Assembly (NCBI GenBank): GCA_963843555.1
Contig: CAWJKV010000003.1
Span: 229,800 to 293,799, forward strand
Length of the DNA stretch: 64,000 nt
Source: an uncultured Methanosarcinales archaeon
GTDB lineage: Archaea; Halobacteriota; Methanosarcinia; Methanotrichales; Methanotrichaceae
Direction of reading: 5' to 3'
Part shown: in pieces, positions 54,949 through 64,000 of the stretch
Layout: each line of letters begins with the position of its first letter
Position numbering within the stretch: the stretch's first letter is position 1
Made by a program: the position numbers and the translations under genes
The notes under the pieces: model-generated
Databases searched by the model: none
Told to the model about the DNA's origin: nothing
What the model saw: only the letters and a program-made list of their open reading frames with translations

Positions 54949-57375
54949 TCACGAGCTCCTGATGTCATCCTCTGTCTTCATCTCACCCGGCCGTTCGCTG
55001 CTATCTTTTGCGGTCCCGGCTTCGGGCTCCAGGCCCTCCTTCTTCAGCTCCGTTCCGATGGGACCGATGGCCTTCAGCTCGCCGATGAAATCTCGCAGAT
55101 CCTTGGCAAAGATCTCGCCCTCGCTAGCCGCGCACCAGACGATCTTGACGCGTCCCGGATCCAGGCCGATCTTCTCCAGGACGCCTTTGAGCACATTCAC
55201 CCTCTGCAGGGCCTGGTAGTTCCCATTTTGGTAGTGGCATTCGCCCAGACGGCAGCCGGCGATTAAGACGCCGTCTGCGCCCCTCTGTAAGGCCTCCAGG
55301 ACGAAGCTGGGGTCCACGCGGGCCGAACACATGACGCGGATGTTGCGGGCGTTGGTGGGATACTGGATGCGAGAGGTTCCCGCCAGGTCCGCAGCACCAT
55401 AGCTGCACCAGTTGCAGAGGAAGGCCACGATCAGGGGAAACTCCCTCTTCACAGCCGTCGCCGCTCTGACCTGAGCTATGATCTGCTCGTCCGAGAAGAG
55501 GCGCATATTGATGGCATCGACGGGACAGGCGGCAGCGCAGGAGCCGCATCCTTTGCAGGCCGCCTCATCCACGTAGGCCGGGCTCTTCACAGCTATGGCC
55601 CTCTTGGGGCAGACGTCAACGCATAGCTTGCACTTGACGCATAGATCGGGGTCAACATAGGCCGAGGTGGGCTCCAGCTCCAGGACGCCTTTATGCAAGA
55701 GCTTGATGGCTTTGGCTGCAGACGCGCTCCCCTGGGCGATGGAGATGGGAATCTCTTTGGGACCGGAGGCGCATCCGGCGATGAAGACGCCGTCAATATG
55801 CGCTTCCACGGGCCTCATCTTGGGGTGGGCGATCTCAAAAAACCTGTCCGGCCGCCGGGACAGGCCGAGCAGGTTGCCCAGAACATCCGCATTCCGGTCG
55901 GGCTCGAGGCCGATGGAGAGGACGGCCATATCGTGTTTGACGCGTTTTATCCCGCCCGTTTGGGTATCCTCATAGATCAGAAAGATCTCGCCGTCCACCT
56001 GATCGATGCGGGAGATGCGGGCCCTGACGAAATTTATGCCCAGCCTCTGCGCTCGCACATAAAACTCTTCATATCCTTCCCCCCCGGCTCTGATGTCGAT
56101 GTAATAGATGGTGATATCCGTGTCCGGATACTTCTCCTTCACAAGCTGCGCATTCTTGAGCGAGGCCATGCAGCAGATGCGAGAGCAGTAGATGTTGCCC
56201 ACTGTTGCATCGCGCGAGCCTACGCACTGCAAGAAGGCTATGGACCTGGCGATCTGGCCGGTGCTCGGGCGTACAACCTCTCCCTTTGTCGGCCCGGAGG
56301 CGTTCAGCATTCTCTCCATCTGCAATGTGGTGATCACATCCCTGTACCTTCCGAAGCCATACTCCTCCTTTCGGGTGGCATCGAATGGCTGCCAGCCCGT
56401 GGCCACGATTATGGCACCCACATTTATTTTGAAGTCCTCAGGCACCTGTTCGAGATTGATGGCCTTGGTGGGACATGCCTCCACGCAGCGCGCGCAGCCG
56501 ATGCAGGCTTTGGGATCGACGCAGGCCACCAGTGGGACAGCCTGCGGATAGGGAACATAGACGGCCTTCCTCTTGCCAATGCCAAAGTCGTATTCGCTGG
56601 GAACTTCCACGGGACAGACGCCCGCGCATTCGTTAATGCAGCCTTTGCAGAGCAACGGGTCCACATAGCGCGCACGGCGAACGCCTGAGACTGTGAAGTT
56701 TCCCACGCTCCCTTCCACACCCAGAACCTCGGCGTAAGTATAGAGAGTGATATTGGGGTGATTGAAGACCTCGGACATCTTGGGCCCCAGAACGCAGATG
56801 GAGCAGTCGTTGGTGGGGAAGACATCCGTCAAGAGTGCCATGTGCCCGCCGATGGTAGGCCGGCGCTCTACCAGATAAACATGCAGGCCAGCGTCTGCCA
56901 GATCCAATGCGGCAGCGATCCCGGCCACGCCTCCACCGATGACCAGCACGTCTTTGCTAACGGGTATGCTCTCCGGCTCCAGCGGTCGCAAGAGTGCTGC
57001 TTTGGCCACGGCCATGGCTATCAGGTCTTTGGCCTTCTCTGTGGCCATGGCCGGCTGGTCCATGTGCACCCAGGAGCATTGCTCCCGGATGTTGGCCATC
57101 TCCAGCATGTAAGGGTTCAGTCCGGCCTTGGTTATGGCTCGTCGGAAGGTGGGCTCGTGCAGACGCGGCGAGCAGGCGGCCACGACGATCCGGTCAAGCT
57201 TGAGCTCTGCAATATCCTTCTGGATCTGCTCCTGTCCAGTGTCAGAACAGGAGAACTGCAGATCGCGGGCGACTGCCACATCGGGCAGCTTTTCCGCGAA
57301 GCTTTTCAGCTCCTCCATGTTCAGGACACCGGCGATGTTCAGGCCGCAGTGACAGACGTAAACACCTATAGGCAT
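54949..57375 (-). CDS. hdrA: Heterodisulfide reductase subunit A fused to an MvhD domain
   Basis: GVYVCHCG, ACSPRLHE, GGGVAG FAD site, QCVGSRD, YCSRICC; C-terminal FLCNWCSY..RVMCS..GC..GECHY (MvhD). Confidence 0.95.
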   Translation of the reverse strand: MPIGVYVCHCGLNIAGVLNMEELKSFAEKLPDVAVARDLQFSCSDTGQEQIQKDIAELKLDRIVVAACSPRLHEPTFRRAITKAGLNPYMLEMANIREQCSWVHMDQPAMATEKAKDLIAMAVAKAALLRPLEPESIPVSKDVLVIGGGVAGIAAALDLADAGLHVYLVERRPTIGGHMALLTDVFPTNDCSICVLGPKMSEVFNHPNITLYTYAEVLGVEGSVGNFTVSGVRRARYVDPLLCKGCINECAGVCPVEVPSEYDFGIGKRKAVYVPYPQAVPLVACVDPKACIGCARCVEACPTKAINLEQVPEDFKINVGAIIVATGWQPFDATRKEEYGFGRYRDVITTLQMERMLNASGPTKGEVVRPSTGQIARSIAFLQCVGSRDATVGNIYCSRICCMASLKNAQLVKEKYPDTDITIYYIDIRAGGEGYEEFYVRAQRLGINFVRARISRIDQVDGEIFLIYEDTQTGGIKRVKHDMAVLSIGLEPDRNADVLGNLLGLSRRPDRFFEIAHPKMRPVEAHIDGVFIAGCASGPKEIPISIAQGSASAAKAIKLLHKGVLELEPTSAYVDPDLCVKCKLCVDVCPKRAIAVKSPAYVDEAACKGCGSCAAACPVDAINMRLFSDEQIIAQVRAATAVKREFPLIVAFLCNWCSYGAADLAGTSRIQYPTNARNIRVMCSARVDPSFVLEALQRGADGVLIAGCRLGECHYQNGNYQALQRVNVLKGVLEKIGLDPGRVKIVWCAASEGEIFAKDLRDFIGELKAIGPIGTELKKEGLEPEAGTAKDSSERPGEMKTEDDIRSS

Positions 57376-57653
57376 GAGACTCCTGATAGTATGATCGCCT
57401 TAATTCACTTAAACCTATGCAATAATTGTATTACTCTTGGCATTTTTTATTTTCGATTCCCATCGTTGAGCTTGATAAGCGGTGATCTAATGCCTTTAAG
57501 AACATATTCTTCCCATTCGGTTCACCATTTTACCAACCAGGTCGCAGGTCTTGGCAACCAACAATCTGCCCTGGCCTTCGACGGAAAAACAAAGAAACCA
57601 CTGCTCATGACAAAAATAGTAGCGGGACATCTTCTGCAGAAGCCCCATGATTT

Positions 57654-59477
57654 TTATAGCTCGGCAACTCCCGTATGCTGCAGATTTTGCCTGATCATCG
57701 GCCAGGAGAGGTTTCCGTAATTATCCGAGATTCTCCAGGCATATAGCTGGCCATCATTGGACCCGACAACCAGTTCGAGAGTTCCATCATCCTCCATATC
57801 TGCCAGAGTGGGGGCAGTCTCAATATCGTCAAAGGTCACCTTGGGAAATCCTTCGACTTCAGTTCCATTCTGCCTCCAGGCATGAACCCTGTTGTCGCTC
57901 GATCCTCCCAGGATCTCTTCAAGCCCATCTCCATCTACGTCACCTAGGGTAACCTGGCGGACATAGCCACCTGTCTGTATAGGGAATCCTTTCAAATAAC
58001 TGCCATCAGATCGCCAGACGTACAATCTGCCGTCGGTTGAGCCAGCTGCGATCTCAGGCTTACCGTCGTTATCGATATCCCCCACAGCAATCTGGCTGTC
58101 TTGGAGGCTGCCGTCCACCTTCTTGGGGAAACCTCGATAGTCATCCCTGTTCTCGTCGGCGGTCTTTACATATAGGTCTCGGGTGCCGGCTATTGCGACT
58201 TCCATTTGTCCGTCTTGATCGATATCAGAGAGGGCGGGAGAGGAGTATCCGATATTATCTGTTTGCGATAGGTATTTCGGAAATCCCGGGAGGGCTTCTC
58301 CCTCATAATTGAGAGAATAGATCTTGCCTCCGCTGCCTCCCAGAAGATACTGGAACATGCATTCATCCATTCCTCTGCAGATAAATTCATCTCCCACGAT
58401 AATATCCAGATTGCCATCGCCGAGCATGTCTCCAAGGGCAGGTGAGGACCAGACCTCTCCACCGGTTACTATGGGAAAGCCACATAAATTTGAGCCATCG
58501 CTATGCCAGGCGTATATGCCTCCGTCCGTTGATCCGACCATGATTTCAGGCACTTTGTCTCCATCTATATCCCCAATAGACGGAGAGGAGGTTATGGAGT
58601 CGGCCGTTTCTTGGGGAAATCCGGATAGCATAGAACCATTCCCGCTTAGTGCATAGAGCATACCATCATCACAACCAACAACGATATCCAGATCGCCATC
58701 TGCATTCAGATCACCAATGGCGGGAGACGATCTAATGACGTCTCTCAACTGCACCGGGAATCCGGCAATATCCTTCCCATCGAGGCCTACTGCGTGGAGA
58801 TTGCCATTGTCAGTCCCAAAAATGGCTTCTTTTTTGCCGTCACCATTTACATCTGCCAGAGCTGGAGACGACCTGATACTGTCTCCTGTTAATACCGGGA
58901 AGCCTGGCAAATTGGCCTCGATCTCTTCGTCTATGGCAAAGGTCTCAAAAGAGGAGATCATTTTGCTGAAATAGGTCAGATTGGTCCGTCTGAAATCACT
59001 ATCAAGGGCCCGGCAAGAAATCTGGTAGACTTTATCTCCGCTCTCGATGAAGACATCCCTTATCTTCACAACTTCTCCGTCTTTATTCTCGAGAAGCGAA
59101 TCCATAGACAATGCCCGGGTTTCATTGAAATCGAACTCGTTTGTTCCCAATAAGGTAAAATTGGCGCCGTCTTCGGAATTGGCAGTATCTTCATAGCTGG
59201 ACTGGACCAGTAATGCAATATCATCAACCGGTCTTTGGCTGCTTTCAGAGACGCTGATATGTACAAACATGGTGCTGGGGCCGTAAATACTTACCACAGG
59301 ATTGTCCAATCCGATGATAGATCCGAGGTTGTAGGCGATGACATTTGCTTCCTTTGGGTAGTCGACGGCGAATCCGTATTCAAGGCTCCTGAAGGTCTCA
59401 TCTGCAGCCTGGCACGGCAGAAGAACCATCATTGAAGCCAGCACAAATAAATATAGCCATTTGACCATTTTAACCAT
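57654..59477 (-). CDS. Secreted protein: PsbP-like N-domain plus FG-GAP/VCBS-type beta-propeller repeats
   Basis: Signal peptide; YGFAVDYPKE PsbP-like start; about seven GFP...SSP..GD.DGDG..EI.VG repeats. Confidence 0.85.
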   Translation of the reverse strand: MVKMVKWLYLFVLASMMVLLPCQAADETFRSLEYGFAVDYPKEANVIAYNLGSIIGLDNPVVSIYGPSTMFVHISVSESSQRPVDDIALLVQSSYEDTANSEDGANFTLLGTNEFDFNETRALSMDSLLENKDGEVVKIRDVFIESGDKVYQISCRALDSDFRRTNLTYFSKMISSFETFAIDEEIEANLPGFPVLTGDSIRSSPALADVNGDGKKEAIFGTDNGNLHAVGLDGKDIAGFPVQLRDVIRSSPAIGDLNADGDLDIVVGCDDGMLYALSGNGSMLSGFPQETADSITSSPSIGDIDGDKVPEIMVGSTDGGIYAWHSDGSNLCGFPIVTGGEVWSSPALGDMLGDGNLDIIVGDEFICRGMDECMFQYLLGGSGGKIYSLNYEGEALPGFPKYLSQTDNIGYSSPALSDIDQDGQMEVAIAGTRDLYVKTADENRDDYRGFPKKVDGSLQDSQIAVGDIDNDGKPEIAAGSTDGRLYVWRSDGSYLKGFPIQTGGYVRQVTLGDVDGDGLEEILGGSSDNRVHAWRQNGTEVEGFPKVTFDDIETAPTLADMEDDGTLELVVGSNDGQLYAWRISDNYGNLSWPMIRQNLQHTGVAEL

Positions 59478-59482
59478 TCCAC

Positions 59483-60955
59483 CTATAAATTTACAAAGCT
59501 CTTGAGGTTTATCAGCCCGTAACCATATCCATTATCCAAACCATGTGGGCCTAAATCCATGGCACTATTTCGAAGCAATTGCTCTATTTCAGCATCCTGC
59601 AGACCGAGCTTGCGCCCTTTCTCCAGAGCCAGGGCAAAGATTCCTGCCGCATAGGGTACTGAGGCGGAACTTCCTCTAAATTTTTCTGGCAGGTATGATG
59701 CCGTTGTAACATTATCCGGGGCCACAAACTCGGGCTTCAATCTGCCATCGATCGTTGGCCCCATGGAGCTATAGTTCTCCAACTGTAGGGTTGATGCATC
59801 AACAGCTCCTACGGTTATGGCCTCAGGACAGCTTGCCAGAGTCCCCAGGCTGGAATTCTCAATATTGTATTTCGAGAGATTTTGAGAGGCAAATAGCTGA
59901 AACGCAATATCTTCCCTCAAAGCACTGTACTTTTTTATCTTTATACTATAATTGCCGCTGACAGGGGCAAACATAAATACCATTTCTATTGGCTCTTGGC
60001 CAGCGTAGCCCTCTTGTGGGTTTTTGGATATGGCATAGGTGCCGTCTGGAGCAAAGACATAAAGATCATAATCCTGGCTGGCATTGCTCCAACTATCATT
60101 CCAGCTCAGCCGTACCTGCAGGGGCATTCCCCTTTGCAGTGTCAGGTTCAATGCCTCATCGCCCGAACCAAACTCATTGAATCCATTGTCGTTCTCATCC
60201 CAAAAGGTTCCCCGCCAATGGCACTGGCCTTCATCACCGGCAGCTGTGATCCAAATTGTTCCATTCTCAGTGAGGTTTCGAACCGCTCTGCAGATGGTGT
60301 CGCCCTCATCAAAGAGGCCGTAAGAGAAATCTATGGAGCAACTGACGATATCTATTCGTTTATTCAAGTGATGAAGCTTGTCTACAGCTTCTCTGAATCC
60401 GTTCTCGGATGATTCCTCAAGGCCGACCATATACAGTGTCACATTCGGAGCCACATCGCCTATTATCTCAGCACAGGCAGTGCCATGACGGCTGTCTTCG
60501 GAAAATGTACCGTTGAATAACTGGATTCTGTTCTTTGGCAGCTCTCTTTCGGAAAGCCTGTCTACATAGTACTCGGAATCGATGATAGCCATGGTGATGT
60601 TCTGCCCGGAAAAATTCTGGGATCTAAGGGCGCATATGCCCAGAAGGTCTGTGCCGCCGGCGCAATTCACGGGCTCGGAGATGACGACATTTGACCTATT
60701 GCTCTTCGATGAGGAGCGCATAAGCGGAGGTCTGGCTTCGCTGGCCTCTTCTTTGGTCGTAAGCTCACGGTTCTGGTCCGGATAGACCCCGGACGGGCTC
60801 GATCCTCTGCGAAATAGGTCATCGGACGGAACGGCAGACATTTTCTCTATGGCGGCATACGATGGCTCGTTGCTCTCAGGGGACTTGAACTGTCCGGCTG
60901 GGCAGGGGCTTATCATGACAAAGAATATAATAAGGAGATACATTTTGCGCATCAA
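59483..60955 (-). CDS. Secreted subtilisin-family (S8) serine protease
   Basis: AIIDS, HGTACAE, TAAGD, FRGSSAS..YAAG and YGYG; signal peptide. Confidence 0.88.
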   Translation of the reverse strand: MMRKMYLLIIFFVMISPCPAGQFKSPESNEPSYAAIEKMSAVPSDDLFRRGSSPSGVYPDQNRELTTKEEASEARPPLMRSSSKSNRSNVVISEPVNCAGGTDLLGICALRSQNFSGQNITMAIIDSEYYVDRLSERELPKNRIQLFNGTFSEDSRHGTACAEIIGDVAPNVTLYMVGLEESSENGFREAVDKLHHLNKRIDIVSCSIDFSYGLFDEGDTICRAVRNLTENGTIWITAAGDEGQCHWRGTFWDENDNGFNEFGSGDEALNLTLQRGMPLQVRLSWNDSWSNASQDYDLYVFAPDGTYAISKNPQEGYAGQEPIEMVFMFAPVSGNYSIKIKKYSALREDIAFQLFASQNLSKYNIENSSLGTLASCPEAITVGAVDASTLQLENYSSMGPTIDGRLKPEFVAPDNVTTASYLPEKFRGSSASVPYAAGIFALALEKGRKLGLQDAEIEQLLRNSAMDLGPHGLDNGYGYGLINLKSFVNL

Positions 60956-61334
60956 TTTATTCCATCCCGATCGGTTCCATTTCTTTATTTAATTGATCTG
61001 TTGAGCACTTATATCTTGTTATCCTTGCATCCATCAGTCGTAATATGAGACGTTTCTGTTGAGGCTCTCCAGATCCAGGGGTACGACAGAGAATGAATAA
61101 TAGTATCAATTTTCTTTGGGTGCCCACCATCAAATCCGAGAGATTCATCCTGGCGGCAGCGATTTTGCCGGCGAGCCTGTCGCGAACTTGTTCTCTGGCG
61201 CATCAGATGCTCTGACTGAAGTGGAGTCCTGCCGTCGATGCGGTCCCTTCCGTCTTTGGATCTTGCCAATCCTTTTATAATGATATGGACTTAAATTAGT
61301 ATAAAGAGAATTCCGCAGATTACGAGATGCCAGG

Positions 61335-62039
61335 GTGATTCTAGTGCCTGCAAAAGTGATTGAAGACCACAGATTACACAATCGTTCGGGAGTATATCGG
61401 GATCGAGATGATGCAGGAGAATATCTGGCCAGAGCCCTGGAGCAGTTTCGGGGAAAGGATGCATTCGTCCTGGCCATACCTTCAGGAGGAGTGCCGGTGG
61501 GTCTGGTCGTCTCCTCTCGGCTCGGGCTTCCATTCGATCTCCTGATAATAAGGAAGATTCCCGTTCCAGGCAACACAGAGTCTGGTTTTGGGGCCGTCAG
61601 CCTGGAGGGAGATATGCTGCTGAACGAACCCATGGTCAGAATGCTCCGCCTCTCTCCCTCCGAGATAGAAGAGCTGGCCGAGCCGGTGCATGAGGAACTG
61701 CGGGCGAGGAATAGAATCTTTCGAGGAGACCGTCCCTGGCCTGATGTCAGGGGAAGGATAGTGATAATAGTGGACGATGGGCTGGCCTCCGGCTACACCA
61801 TGATGACAGCAATAAGAATGGTGCAGAGAAGCGGCCCTTCCCAGATAGTAGTGGCGGTTCCTACTGCCTCGGCCAGCACAATCGAGCTGCTTGTCCCCGA
61901 GGTGGACCTGATCGTGTGCCCTAATGTGCGAACAGGCTACAGCTTTGCTGTCGCTGATGCTTATCAAGACTGGTATGATCTCGATAAAGATGAAGTTATA
62001 AATTTGCTTAAGTCTCATAGCCATCTGCCCAGAAGGTAG
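61335..62039 (+). CDS. Type I phosphoribosyltransferase-family protein
   Basis: YRDRDDAG, LAIPSGGVPVG and IIVDDGLASGYTM PRPP loop. Confidence 0.9.
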   Translation: MILVPAKVIEDHRLHNRSGVYRDRDDAGEYLARALEQFRGKDAFVLAIPSGGVPVGLVVSSRLGLPFDLLIIRKIPVPGNTESGFGAVSLEGDMLLNEPMVRMLRLSPSEIEELAEPVHEELRARNRIFRGDRPWPDVRGRIVIIVDDGLASGYTMMTAIRMVQRSGPSQIVVAVPTASASTIELLVPEVDLIVCPNVRTGYSFAVADAYQDWYDLDKDEVINLLKSHSHLPRR

Positions 62040-62158
62040 GCAGATCAGCCTCTTGTTTTTATCCGCCTATTTCTTTAATACCACCAAAGGTTTATATCTA
62101 ACTTATTTTAATTATTGTGTAGTTAGAAAAAATGTAGAGCAAAAGGGGGTTAGAAAGG

Positions 62159-62530
62159 ATGAACGCTTTGCAGGTGATTTCCATCTTGCTGGAAGTGTTG
62201 GTGGTGGCTCTTGGCATAATGCTGGTCGTAGGCAAGAAGAAAATGTACGGCTGGTGTATTGCACTCACTTTTGTCCTTTATATATTCTACGACCTGGTAG
62301 ATCTCCTGTCTTTGCACATCTCCCAGGATTCGCTGGGCATTTTATTCTTCATGGCCACTATATCCATCCTCTGGGCAGTCTGGAACATCTTCCTGGAGGC
62401 TTTGGGGCCGGGCTCGATTGCTGCTGCGCCGGTAGAAGATCGCGGGAAAGATCCTCTTCGGACCCGGTCGGACGGTCAAATGGACCGATGGGCAAATGGA
62501 CTGATGAGCAATGGACAGATGGGCAAATGA
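62159..62530 (+). CDS. Small 3-TM membrane protein
   Basis: Three hydrophobic segments; AGGA RBS. Confidence 0.7.
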   Translation: MNALQVISILLEVLVVALGIMLVVGKKKMYGWCIALTFVLYIFYDLVDLLSLHISQDSLGILFFMATISILWAVWNIFLEALGPGSIAAAPVEDRGKDPLRTRSDGQMDRWANGLMSNGQMGK

Positions 62531-62580
62531 AGGGATGGTCAGAGTCAGCTTTTTGAAGGAAGGCATATGTTGCAAGAGCG

Positions 62581-63153
62581 ATGATCTCTCGAGTTTACAT
62601 CTCTCATGCCCCTATTGATGAGGATATGGCCCTGCAGCTCTCCCGGGCTTTATGGCGGGTGGGCCTGGAGAGCTATGTTGCTCTCTACAATCTGTCCCCA
62701 GCCATCTCTCTAGCCGAGCGGGTATCTTTTGGCATAAGAAATTCCGAGGCCATGGTCGCTCTTCTGACCCGGGTGGGCTGCCAGTCGCCTGCGGTGAGCC
62801 AGGAGATCGGCCTGGCTCGCGGCATAGATCTAATGATCATCCCCTTGCAAGAAGATGGCGCCAGGCTACCCTTTCTCATCGATCACCTGCGACCCCTGGT
62901 TTTCAGGGAGGAGAATTATAGAGATGCCATTGGCCTATTGATCAAGACCATTCGAGACCTGAGCCATCTCGAGTGGCTGAAGGTGACCTGTCCCAAATGC
63001 GAAGAAGAGATGACCCAGTATCTAACAGACCAGGAAGAGGTCGACGAAGCGCTTGAAAAGGGAACATATCTTGAGACTGTCTGCAGCTACTGCCAGAACA
63101 AGATCTCTCTGGATGCGAGGACGTTTGAGCCGATAGGATTGATGGAAAAGTGA
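62581..63153 (+). CDS. TIR-domain protein with C-terminal Zn ribbon
   Basis: RVYISHA, SPAVSQEIGLA, IIPL; CPKC and CSYC pairs. Confidence 0.8.
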   Translation: MISRVYISHAPIDEDMALQLSRALWRVGLESYVALYNLSPAISLAERVSFGIRNSEAMVALLTRVGCQSPAVSQEIGLARGIDLMIIPLQEDGARLPFLIDHLRPLVFREENYRDAIGLLIKTIRDLSHLEWLKVTCPKCEEEMTQYLTDQEEVDEALEKGTYLETVCSYCQNKISLDARTFEPIGLMEK

Positions 63154-63261
63154 TAGATCGAACTCGTTTTCATCTCTGATGCGTGCCGGCTATTCAGAGA
63201 TCCTATTTATGAATTTCGCATTTCAGAAAGATATTAATAAATTAAGAACTTACAATATTTC

Positions 63262-64000
63262 ATGAGCGAAAAGGTAATCGATATAATGGGTCCCATCGAA
63301 TTCGGCTGGAACACCCTGAAGGTTAACCTGAAGTTCTATGTCGTCTTGATGGCCATCGTGGGAATCGCGTCTTTTCTTCCTCAATTGGCCTCATTTATAT
63401 TACCATCCGGAGAAAGTTCATCCTGGTGGCCGTTACCCTTGCTGATATTTGCTCTTCTAATTATTCTCTTCATCATTATAAATATCGTGTTCCAGGTTGG
63501 ACTGATCAATATCTCCATTATCTTTCGGAATGGCGGGACGCCCCAGATCCGGGATCTCTACAGCAGCAAACCTATCGTCCTTTTGAATTATGTGATAGCT
63601 AGCTTTTTTTATGGTCTGATGGTTATGGTTGGTCTCTTGTTATTTATAATTCCTGGCATCTTCCTGGCACTGAAGTACCAGTTCTATGGTTACCTCACAA
63701 CAGACCGGGGAATGGGTCCGATTGAGGCCCTGAAAGAGAGCGGCAGATTGACTGCTGGAGCGAAAAAAGATCTATTCGTGTTTTGGCTCGCCTTTTTTTG
63801 CGGCATACTTGTGATAATGATCATACTTGGATTGTTTATCGCTCTTCCCGTCGGCCTGATAATGGCCGTAATCTCTGAGGATCTCGTCCCTATCTTCGTT
63901 ATTGTGGTCAGCCTTGTCACAACGATCATTGACATCATGGTCATTGCACCCATGACAAATCTTGCCATGGCTGATATCTATAAAACCCTGCAAACGCGAT
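63262..64000 (+). CDS. Multi-pass membrane protein (DUF975/glycerophosphodiesterase membrane-domain-like), runs off the 3' end
   Basis: Open frame from ATG 63262 (MSEKVIDIMGPIEFGWNTLK...); LLLFIIPGIFLAL and GPIEALKES motifs. Confidence 0.7.
   Translation, partial: MSEKVIDIMGPIEFGWNTLKVNLKFYVVLMAIVGIASFLPQLASFILPSGESSSWWPLPLLIFALLIILFIIINIVFQVGLINISIIFRNGGTPQIRDLYSSKPIVLLNYVIASFFYGLMVMVGLLLFIIPGIFLALKYQFYGYLTTDRGMGPIEALKESGRLTAGAKKDLFVFWLAFFCGILVIMIILGLFIALPVGLIMAVISEDLVPIFVIVVSLVTTIIDIMVIAPMTNLAMADIYKTLQTR

Noticed and set aside
55693..57720. Long + strand ORFs (331 and 320 aa)
   Set aside because: Antisense shadows of GC-rich hdrA.
60957..61269. Short minus-strand ORFs upstream of the S8 protease
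   Set aside because: No recognisable motifs or convincing start; cannot be supported as genes.

Overview
Archaeal chromosomal window, most consistent with a Methanothrix/Methanotrichaceae-type methanogen (archaeal TrpRS, ribosomal S17e, AhbC heme pathway, hdrA-mvhD/hdrBC, many signal-peptide proteins with N-glycosylation sequons); the taxon is inferred from gene content. Many ordinary genes (nnr, moaC, trpS, mutS-like, cheBR, larC, trkH/A, thiDN) are split by single-base indels, most likely long-read assembly errors. Core loci: heme biosynthesis (hemL-hemC-cobA/hemD-ahbC), K+ uptake (trkH-trkA-trkH), rps17e-dapA-dapB, hdrA/mvhD-polyferredoxin-hdrC-hdrB. Accessory loci: hicBA, Fic, MNT with a truncated HEPN partner, a GGGI-repeat beta-helix surface protein, an S8 protease with an FG-GAP partner, and a TIR protein. 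The most notable region is 1-8716, a cluster of predicted secreted proteins. In it a signal-peptide caspase-like protease is transcribed divergently from a small protein with three Gln/Asn-patterned amyloid-like repeats, and a GEVED-domain protein shares the same Gln motif. This is a candidate archaeal extracellular fibre/sheath (functional amyloid) system with its own protease. No tRNA, rRNA, CRISPR array or transposase was recognised.
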